The notes beneath the pieces were generated by a model. It ran no database searches. It was not told the origin of the DNA and saw only the letters and a list, made by a program, of their open reading frames with translations. Both the position numbers and the translations under genes were made by a program. Below, piece after piece: positions 1 through 8,300 of a DNA stretch of 24,000 bases. The stretch's first letter is position 1. Each line of letters opens with the position of its first letter. Origin of the DNA: Thermoplasmata archaeon (GTDB lineage: Archaea; Thermoplasmatota; Thermoplasmata; RBG-16-68-12; JAFNFQ01); NCBI GenBank assembly GCA_041489255.1, contig JBGPQV010000003.1, positions 53,448 to 77,447 of the forward strand, read 5' to 3'.

Positions 1-96
1 GCTGCCTGACTACCGAGGCTGCGGTTGGTGAACCGGGGATTTGATACGCCCCAGGCTCTACAAAAGACTTATGAGCCTGCCAGCGAATCTTGACTC

Positions 97-2565
97 ATGG
101 GTCTGGAGGCGGGGACCGTGAGGACTGTCGCTGCGTTATTGGTTGGGTGCCTCTTCGTGAATTCCATTTCCGGCTATGTCATGCAGCAACCGCCGTCGCC
201 TCAGACAGTGACGCTGCCATGCACGTTCGAGGTCGCCCAGGGCGGGTCGAACCATGCAGTAGAGCCCGTCGAGCGGGCGCAGACAGTCAGCTCATTCTAC
301 AACTACTTCAGCGACAGCGCACACACGCCGTTCGCCGAGGCCTACGTGAGCGTGCTCTATCTCTATCTTGACACCGGAAGCAGCAGGTTGTACTTCGTGT
401 TCCACTTCAATGTCGACGGAAGCGGAACGCCTGATGCACTGACGGATGTTGAGCTGCAGGGAATCCCGGCAGGAGCTTCAGTGGCGGTCTCCGACGACCC
501 CGGGGAGTTCAACCTCGCGCGCAATCCCCAGGGCCAGTTCCATTACTTCACCAACACTGACGGCGGCGCCCTTGGACCGCTGCCGACGAGCAGCGAGTGG
601 ACCATGAAGGTGGACCTGACCCACTATGGCCCGGACCCGGCGCGCTACCAGCGCTGGGTCGATAGCGACGGTACTCACATCCCGCTTTCGATGACGGGGC
701 AGGTCACGATCGGGAGCGCATGCAACAAGCCGCCTGTGGCGAACGGCAGCGGGCCGTACATCGGCACCGAGGGGTCTCCGATCCTGTTCAACGCGAGCGG
801 TTCCTATGACCCCGACGGAGACGCGCTCACCTACGCATGGGACTTCGAAAACGATGGCACCACGGACATCACGACGATGAACGCCACGGTCAGCCACACA
901 TATCCTGATGACTTCAAAGGGAAAGCGAGGCTCACAGTCTCCGATGGGAAACTGCAGAATTCTACGACGGTCGACGTGGGCGTGAAGAATGTCTCTCCGT
1001 CAATAACCTTCGACTCAGTCACGGATTCTCCAGAGGGCGGTGTGATCACGCTGCAGTTCAGCATCACCGACCCAGGAGCAGATCCGGTGAATGTCACGGT
1101 GGACTGGGGAGACGGCCTCCCGCCAGAATTCATCGGCCCATGGTTCAACCCGAGCGGACAGACGGTGACCGCCACGTGGACTTACGGAGATGACGGCAGC
1201 TTCCCGCTCGAGATCACCGCAACCGACGACGATGGCGGGGTCGGGATGCTGGAAGGCAAGTTCGCGATAGTGCAGAACCTCCCGCCGACAATCATCGCAC
1301 TTTCATTCCCAGCCACCGCAGACGAGGGGTCGCTCGTCGACATGACCGCAACCGGACAGGATCCGGGGAGCGATGACCTCCGTTTCACCGTGGACTTCGG
1401 AAACGGCGAGGTGGAGTCGAGGGTTTTCTACAATGACGGGGCCCGCCCTGACCCGCCGCTGAGCCCGCTCGGGACGTTCCCGTTCGCAGCCACGTCCACA
1501 TTCACGGCATTCTACCCGCAGGACGGGGACTATGCCGGGGAGTTGACGGTGCAGGATGACGATGGCGGTAGTCTCGTGGTCACCTTCTACATCAACATTC
1601 AGAATGTTCCTCCGACGATTATCCCCTTCGGACCGGTCTATGTCGACGAGGGATCACCCGGCAGCATGACCGCCACCGCAACAGACCCGGGCAACGACAC
1701 GCTCGCATTCCATTGGGAGTTCGAACTCGGGCCCACCCTGGACGAGACATTCCCCGCAACCGGATCGCCAATGAGCGCCACCAGCACCGCCGCCTTCCTG
1801 TACGGGGATGACGGCAACTATTCCGTCCTCCTCACTGTGACAGATGAGAACGGCGCCTCTGCGGTGTATGAGACAGCGGTCATCGTCAGGAATGTCGCAC
1901 CGACCACGCGGATCGTCCAGGTCAACCGTCCAGGAACGTTCACGCTGCGCGTTGCGGGAGAGAAGTGGCACGATGTCGAAGGCATCTTCTTCATCAACGA
2001 CACTGTGCTCGGCGACCTGCGCATCGTCAGGATGCCGGGCTCCCCCGATGATCAGGCGATGTCAACGAACGTGACGGACCTGTTCCTATCGGCCAACTAT
2101 TCCGCGAGGATCGTGTACACACCAGAAGACGACCCGATCAACGGGCAGCCTAATGGCGCGAACCCCGTGTGGATCATGGTCGGGTCTCCAGGTGAGGAGC
2201 CGATCAGAATACACCACACGTTCAATGTCAACCACCCCGGGACCTACGTATGGGAGGTGGACCTCACGCCGTATGTGGCGAGATTGGCGGTTCAGTTCAA
2301 GGCGGTGGCGGTAGACCCGGGCAGCGACGACCTGACGTTCGAGTGGGACTTTGGGGACAACAGCACGATCCAGAACTCAACGGCGTTCAACGATGATGTC
2401 GGGCCGGACCCGCCAGAGAGCCCGGGCGGTACCTTCCCGTTCACCGCTGCGAGCGAGGTCAGCCATGCTTTCGCGAGCCCTGGAACCTATGTAGTCAGGC
2501 TGACCGTTCATGACGATGATGGCGGGAGCTCGACCACCAGTATGACCATCGCGATCCTTGGCTGA
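97..2565 (+). CDS. Secreted PKD-domain repeat protein (822 aa)
   Basis: Long ORF with no competing frame. The N-terminus has a hydrophobic signal-like segment (MGLEAGTVRTVAALLVGCLFVNSISG). Five PKD-type signatures are present (YAWDFENDGTTD, VDWGDG, VDFGNGE, WEFELG, FEWDFGDNS), each followed by a T(V/A)xDDDGG-type strand. Confidence 0.85.
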   Translation: MGLEAGTVRTVAALLVGCLFVNSISGYVMQQPPSPQTVTLPCTFEVAQGGSNHAVEPVERAQTVSSFYNYFSDSAHTPFAEAYVSVLYLYLDTGSSRLYFVFHFNVDGSGTPDALTDVELQGIPAGASVAVSDDPGEFNLARNPQGQFHYFTNTDGGALGPLPTSSEWTMKVDLTHYGPDPARYQRWVDSDGTHIPLSMTGQVTIGSACNKPPVANGSGPYIGTEGSPILFNASGSYDPDGDALTYAWDFENDGTTDITTMNATVSHTYPDDFKGKARLTVSDGKLQNSTTVDVGVKNVSPSITFDSVTDSPEGGVITLQFSITDPGADPVNVTVDWGDGLPPEFIGPWFNPSGQTVTATWTYGDDGSFPLEITATDDDGGVGMLEGKFAIVQNLPPTIIALSFPATADEGSLVDMTATGQDPGSDDLRFTVDFGNGEVESRVFYNDGARPDPPLSPLGTFPFAATSTFTAFYPQDGDYAGELTVQDDDGGSLVVTFYINIQNVPPTIIPFGPVYVDEGSPGSMTATATDPGNDTLAFHWEFELGPTLDETFPATGSPMSATSTAAFLYGDDGNYSVLLTVTDENGASAVYETAVIVRNVAPTTRIVQVNRPGTFTLRVAGEKWHDVEGIFFINDTVLGDLRIVRMPGSPDDQAMSTNVTDLFLSANYSARIVYTPEDDPINGQPNGANPVWIMVGSPGEEPIRIHHTFNVNHPGTYVWEVDLTPYVARLAVQFKAVAVDPGSDDLTFEWDFGDNSTIQNSTAFNDDVGPDPPESPGGTFPFTAASEVSHAFASPGTYVVRLTVHDDDGGSSTTSMTIAILG

Positions 2566-2665
2566 ACTGATTCCAATCAGCCACATCCATACGGCAAAGT
2601 ATTTTGTCAGGCCGAATATCGGTCGACAAAATGGGACTGCTCCATAGAACTCTTTGTCCGGTCTT

Positions 2666-2715
2666 GTCCCCCCAAGCTCCGCCCTGCAATACGGGCGGGG
2701 CACCTTTCCTTTTTC
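2666..2715 (+). terminator. GC hairpin plus U-tract, a putative terminator of the PKD gene; copy 1 of a repeated motif
   Basis: The sequence gtccccccaagCTCCGCCCtgcaatacGGGCGGGGcacctttccttttt has an 8-bp stem (one G-U pair) followed by a T-rich run. It lies about 100 nt after the stop at 2565. A near-identical block recurs at 15166-15211. Confidence 0.4.
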
Positions 2716-3126
2716 CATTATGGGATAAATTCTTGTCCCGATTCCTGCACTCGCTCTCACAGGTGGAACATGGAAATTGAATGAACGAAGACTAGCCCTG
2801 AAGACTCACAGGAATCGCGGGCAAAGATGATCGCCGAAAATAATAGGGCGTTGAACCGATATGTGGCAGGAATTAGTAACCAAAGCCTAACGAAGGTGAA
2901 AGAGCGAGCCGATTCTCTCCAAATGGCCATGGATCAGTTGGGGAATGATGTGTGCCCGGCAGCTGCCGACCTCAACAAGGTAGCAAGCTGCGTGCGGCTG
3001 CCAACGTGGGACGCAATCTGCGAATCTCTTATCGTGAAAGCATATCCTCCCCATGGCTTAGCGGACTAGGTGACCACTTGATTGAATCTACCCTCTTGCT
3101 GCGCCTGCTCTGCGCCCAGCCGCGGT

Positions 3127-3672
3127 TCACAACTGCACGAAGAGGCAATTATAGACCGTCGGAGGTCCGGGCTCCCCCGGTGCATTGCCTTTCATGCCAG
3201 GCACTCTTAGGGAGAGTATCGACCATGGCAGCACCTCGATGCCTTCGTTCTCGAGTTGTCTCAGTATGCAGTCCTCCAGATGTTTCAGTCTGTCGGGCAC
3301 GATCTCGGGGTCCTGCCACCCTCTTTCCCCCAGCACACCCCAGTGGAACCTCGCAAGCGGCCGCGCCTTGCTGATGTGTATGAAGGCTTCGTAATCGCCC
3401 ATCCTTATCTGGCCCGGCTTCGTGCGAGGGTCCCTCGAAACAGGTTTCAGTCTCGACTCCGAGGTCCTTATCCAGTGGCATATGTCGTAGTTCCCATCTA
3501 GCCAATAATACGCGTTTACGCCGCATTCGTCTCTGATGCGTTGGCAAAGTCTCTCCACCTTGGCACAATCTCTCATCGTGAATTCGAACTTGGGGTCCAT
3601 CTTGTCGAAATCCATCGATGGATACATCTCTCTTGTCAGACGGATTATCTTGTCCGGAATCACGCTCTCCAT
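3127..3672 (-). CDS. Putative immunity protein, distal copy (181 aa), paralog of 4795-5340
   Basis: Identical length (546 nt) to 4795-5340 and roughly 85% aa identity by eye (MESVIPDKIIRLTREMYPSMDFDKMDPKFEF... vs MQSVIPDKIMRLIREMYPSMDFDKMDPKFEF...). It starts 16 nt after the stop of a truncated toxin-end copy, the same spacing as at the main locus. The immunity function is inferred from position only. Confidence 0.8.
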   Translation of the reverse strand: MESVIPDKIIRLTREMYPSMDFDKMDPKFEFTMRDCAKVERLCQRIRDECGVNAYYWLDGNYDICHWIRTSESRLKPVSRDPRTKPGQIRMGDYEAFIHISKARPLARFHWGVLGERGWQDPEIVPDRLKHLEDCILRQLENEGIEVLPWSILSLRVPGMKGNAPGEPGPPTVYNCLFVQL

Positions 3673-3688
3673 TCAAATCATCTCATGG

Positions 3689-3871
3689 TTATTTCTGCTG
3701 TCGCCAATCGTTCACTGCTTTAATCCAGGCCCATACATTCTCATCTTTCACGGGGAAGAATGAAATTATCGAACCATCCGAAGCCCTTACAACAATTTTC
3801 ATCTCGTCGATGTCACGCATCCCTGGTCTATACGTGTATGTTCGTCTGACTGAATCTTGGCTTGCCAGAAT
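3689..3871 (-). pseudogene. Orphan, 5'-truncated copy of the giant protein's C-terminal end (about 60 codons)
   Basis: The minus-strand translation is ILASQDSVRRTYTYRPGMRDIDEMKIVVRASDGSIISFFPVKDENVWAWIKAVNDWRQQK*. It aligns with the last ~50 aa of the giant, IYTYKPHMYGIDEVTIVVRASDGSIISFFPVQGENVWAWIKALNDWRQQI* (about 80% identity by eye). The frame is closed upstream by TAG (cta at 3872-3874) and there is no long upstream ORF. Confidence 0.75.
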
Positions 3872-3927
3872 CTAACAGGAAATCGATATCCTGTAGAGAC
3901 CCGTCTTTCTGGCCCTCACATGACCAT

Positions 3928-4473
3928 TCAAATCCAGGAGAAGAGGCATTCGAACACTCTTGGCGGCTCTGGATTGTCGAACACCCGACCTCCCATGCCT
4001 GGCACTGGGCGGAGCAAGATATCCCTCGGAATGACCTCGATGCCCTCCGATCGTAGTTGGCTCAGTATGCACGTTTCAAGGGATTTCAGCTTTGCTGGCG
4101 GTTCGGGGAGTATCTCCCAGTGAAGCTTCCCTAGAACTTGCCAGGTCATTGCTGCCAGCGGGGCCGCCCTGCTGATATTCATCTGAACCTCGATGTCTCC
4201 AGTCCTATAATCCTCATGGCGAGCTTTGGGGTGCCCCGACACAGGCTTCTCCCTCGAGGTTGAGAGCCGTATCCAGTGACAGATGTCGTAGTTGCCGTCT
4301 AGCCAGTAATGGACGTTGACTTGACATTCCGATTCCAGGCGTCTGCAAAGCCTTTGCACCCTCGCAGGGTCGTCCTTTGAGCGCGCAAGGCGGGAATCCC
4401 TTTCGTTCACGTTCATGGTTGGATAAATTTCTCTTATCAAACGCATCAGGTCATCTGGGATTGCTGTTTCCAT
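3928..4473 (-). CDS. Putative immunity protein, divergent middle paralog (181 aa from the internal Met)
   Basis: The track ORF is 3928-4623 (231 aa). Homology to the two other 181-aa proteins begins at the internal METAIPDDLMRLIREIYPTMNVNERD (ATG at 4471-4473), which again gives 546 nt. Shared blocks include VNVHYWLDGNYDICHWIR, EGIEV.P and the ECLF/NCLF tail. Identity to the other two copies is moderate only. Confidence 0.7.
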   Translation of the reverse strand: METAIPDDLMRLIREIYPTMNVNERDSRLARSKDDPARVQRLCRRLESECQVNVHYWLDGNYDICHWIRLSTSREKPVSGHPKARHEDYRTGDIEVQMNISRAAPLAAMTWQVLGKLHWEILPEPPAKLKSLETCILSQLRSEGIEVIPRDILLRPVPGMGGRVFDNPEPPRVFECLFSWI

Positions 4474-4794
4474 CTCTGTCACCGTTTCGTCAAAACTGTT
4501 GAACCCATCTTGAGGGGCTTGGGTCTTGTGCCAAGAAATCCATCCTTGACCTAGTTCCGTGGCGGGAGGCAGCATCGCGCTGCAGCTGGAGGTACACCGT
4601 CTTCCTCCTTCCATCCCTTTCAAACTCCCCGAATATCGAACGGCCGATGTTCATTTGACCGCACGGATGGAATGCGCTTGGGGCATTTAAGCCATCATTT
4701 GGAAAGCAGTCAAATCTTTGCGCCCAATCTCTCTTCCATCGATTGGATGCGGTATCGGAGTCGGGCGTACTCGCCGCAGCCGCTCGGCTGCAAT

Positions 4795-5340
4795 TCATAT
4801 CGACGAGAAGAGGCAATTATAGACAGTCGGAGGTCCCGGTTGCCCAGGTGCATTACCTTTCATACTAGGTACTCTTAGGAAGAGAATCGACAATGGCAGC
4901 ACCTCGATGCCTTCATTCCTGAGTTGATTCAGAATGCAGTCGTCCAGCTGTTTCAGTCTGTCGGGCACATTCTCGGGGTGCTGCCACCCTCTTTCCCCGA
5001 GCACACCCCAGTCGAACCTCGCAAGGGGCCGGGCCTTGCTGATGAATATGAAAGCCTCGTAACTGCCCATCGTCTTCTCTTCCGGCTTCGTGCGAGGGTC
5101 CCTCGAAACGGGTTTCAGTCTCGACTCCGAGGTTCGTATCCAGTGGCATATATCGTAGTTCCCGTCTAGCCAATAGTACACGTTCACGCCGCATTCTTCT
5201 CTAATGCGTTGGCATAGTCTCTCCACCTTGGCGCTGTCTCTCATCGTGAACTCGAACTTGGGGTCCATCTTGTCGAAGTCCATCGATGGATACATCTCCC
5301 TTATCAGACGCATTATCTTGTCCGGAATCACGCTCTGCAT
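4795..5340 (-). CDS. Putative cognate immunity protein (181 aa) immediately downstream of the giant toxin-like gene
   Basis: The ATG lies 16 nt after the giant gene's TAA (5357-5359) on the same strand. It has two paralogs further downstream. There is no signal peptide or TM segment. Function is inferred from polymorphic-toxin locus logic; no family was recognised. Confidence 0.8.
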   Translation of the reverse strand: MQSVIPDKIMRLIREMYPSMDFDKMDPKFEFTMRDSAKVERLCQRIREECGVNVYYWLDGNYDICHWIRTSESRLKPVSRDPRTKPEEKTMGSYEAFIFISKARPLARFDWGVLGERGWQHPENVPDRLKQLDDCILNQLRNEGIEVLPLSILFLRVPSMKGNAPGQPGPPTVYNCLFSSI

Positions 5341-5356
5341 TCAGATCATCTCATGA

Positions 5357-8300
5357 TTATATCTGCTGTCGCCAGTCGTTCAATGCTTTAATCCAGGCCC
5401 ATACATTCTCACCTTGCACAGGGAAGAATGAGATTATCGAACCATCTGAAGCCCTAACGACGATGGTTACCTCATCAATACCATACATGTGAGGCTTATA
5501 GGTGTAGATAAGATTGCCTGAATTGGTATCGAGCTTGATGTCTCCCAACGGGGTATTTCTTAGACCGTCCCTGAGCAACTCCCAGACTTGTGCGTCGGTC
5601 ATTGCCGGAGGGAGCGTCTTTTCGATTGGATATCCAGTGATGGTCTTGCCCGTCGGGAAGAAGGATGTAATATCCTTATCCAAGCTGACTATGCTGCCTT
5701 CAATGTGGCGGCCAATGACATGGAACTGACCAAACCGCCCGTCTCCCATTTTGAGGACCGCGATGCCGTCGGGCAATCCGCTGGCCTTCCATGCTTTCAA
5801 CACTTCATCAGCGCCAGCACCTTCGTCGAGCGGGTTAGCACCGTTCTTCCTAACCCACGCTCCGAACCTTTCGAGGGCCCCAGGTTCGAGTTCGATTACA
5901 TCTTTTGTCACAGACCTCCAGACACCCTCTCGAATAGCTCTATCCGGAAAGGCGGCTTCGAAACCGATTACTTCAGCCTCTGGAAGTCTCAACAACGCCT
6001 TTGTCCTTCCGCGAAGGATGTCGTCTGATATGCCGAGGACATCCGCACTCCACTTGGTCATCAGCACCAAGCCCGCCAGCCCGATTCCGTTCGCGAACAT
6101 CTCCTCGAAGAAGCCTCCGAACAGCTCTGCAAGTGCGTAGCTGCCAGCGAAGATGGCACCCGCAAGGGCGAGTTTCACTGTGCATCGGCCGAAGTATTCA
6201 TAAGCCCTAGCTGCGAAACTGATGATTCTTTGGAGGGGACCGAGCTTGGAAAGTGCTTGAGTAATCATTGCCCCAATGTTTCCAGCTTCGAGGGCTCCTT
6301 TGACAGCGGCTCCCGCACCCGCCGTCACAATCATTCCGATTATATTTCCGATCCAATACCAGTAATTGAATGTCTCGTGATCATTGCTCATGTCCCAGGG
6401 ATCGTTGTCGCCGTCGGGAACCGGGTCGTAGGGATTGGCGTTTTCTGCTTGTTGAACTAAAGCGTCGTAGAGAGACCCAAGAGCGTTTCGCAATGTATCA
6501 CCGGGATTCCCGCTATTGAGCAGGTCATGCCCGAACGATGCGCCAGAATCGAACAGCGAACCTGCATTTTTCATAATGGACGGTATGCTCGTGAACATCC
6601 CCGAGAAACAATCCCACAAGCCGACTGCCATCCCTCCAACCTCTGGACCAAGATACTTGACCGTCAGGTCTTTCAGAAGGTCCCGAGCTCTGTCAAAATA
6701 TGTGTCTTGCTTGAGCCAGTAATGGTTTGCATTGCCGTTGACGTCCACCACATAGAAATCGACGGTCTTGCCCGTGAATGCATCCAAGAAGCCGATGCTG
6801 AAGTCCTTATTGCGAGTGTCGAAGATATTCGCATAGAGATCGTCGTTGGAATACTCCTTTCCATCAACGACAGTTATTAAGGACCCTAGCCCCACGTTGT
6901 CGGACATGACGATGGTGACGTGGACACACTTCAGCCCTTCCCAGCAAAGTGAGGTGGACCAAGACAAATCAATGTAAGGAACGACCAATTCCACTACGCT
7001 GGGTTCGTCATCTATGTCATCTTTCATCCTATCTCCATCGCTGTCCTGCTTTCTTGGGTCAACTTTCTGTAAGAACTCCATCAGATCATTTAGCCCGTCT
7101 CCGTCCGTGTCTTTCTTGTCCGGATCGGAAGTCACGTGGTAGCGAGTAAAGAGTGGCCTTATGGCCTCCGACACCATGTTCTGGGCGTGGACTGGAAGGG
7201 ATGTATCGTCGAGTATGCGGGTCATCTCGTAGACGTTCGCGACGGAGGTGAGCATGACCGTGTCCCATCCTAGGATCTCTATTCCGTCGAGCAGAAGGTC
7301 CCCGTCGCAATCAGGATTCAGCGGGTTAGTCACCCATCCATAAACACCAGTGACTTCTTCGCCATCTTTGAGTCCGTCGCCATCCGTGTCGGGTTCCAAC
7401 GGATTCGTCCCGTATCCACCGCCAGGATTCGGCTCCCCCAGGTAGCCCACCTCACCTAACTCTTCACCAGAATCCCAGACTTGGTTGCGCAAGGTGTCGT
7501 GCCAGCCATCCCAGAGTCCGTCCCCATCCGTATCAGAGAGCACGGGACTTGTGCGGTAGTTCCGTTCCCCCATCAGCTCGCCAGAATCCCATATTTGATT
7601 GGGAGTCCCCTGATTGTCATTCCAGCCGTCCCAGAGTCCGTCCCCATCAGAGTCTGGATCGCATGCGTTTATGAGGCTATCACCATCAGTGTCAACCCAC
7701 CAGTCTATTTCCGAACCATCTAAGATTCCATCTCCGTCACTGTCAGGATTTGTTGAGGAAAGGCACGAGTAGGCAGGTAAGCCCTCGATTCCGTCGCTCA
7801 GTCCATCGGAATCGGAATCCAGCAGATCTTCCGGCGTGTAATCTCTGCCGCCTAGAATCACGAGAATCGATTCGAGCAATAGATCGCCCTTGGTGCTCGA
7901 GTGGAACCGAATCGGTATGAATTGATAACCGTCCACATCCGGGTAGCTCGCCAGCAATGCGTTGATAGCGTCGGTATCCAAAAGCACAATCAGGTGGTCA
8001 GTCCATGGAAATGGGATGCCTGCATCAGGGCTGACATATCCCTCTTGCTTCCACTCAGGATTGTCATCCCCCTCTGATGTCACGATATTGATGGAGACAT
8101 CATGCGGATAATCTACGCAAAACATCTGATATACCAAAGAGCCCGAATCGGTAGTCCAATCAATCGATTCGAAGAAATTAACATCGTAGAGCAAAGCATG
8201 GTTTGCCCAAATTCGCGCGTCGTCGCTCGCGGCCCAATAGAATTCCCCGTTGAACATCCTTAGTATCATCCAGTATGTGGTTTCCGCTTCTAGCAGTACT

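Noticed and set aside
2377-2760. 127-aa minus-strand ORF overlapping the PKD gene's 3' end and the hairpin
   Set aside because: It overlaps a strongly supported gene and a structured terminator-like element, and its composition is shadow-frame-like.
2827-3069. 80-aa plus-strand ORF in the gap between the PKD gene and the cassette array
   Set aside because: It has no recognisable motif, no clear RBS or TATA, and lies in an AT-richer spacer where random ORFs of this size are expected. It cannot be excluded as a small protein, but it is not supportable from sequence alone.
3149-3676. 175-aa alternative-frame ORF overlapping cassette gene C (with similar shadow ORFs at 4913-5194, 3256-3501 and 4924-5169)
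   Set aside because: Only the 181-aa frame is conserved in length and sequence across all three paralogs. The shadow frames are Arg-rich and not conserved in extent.
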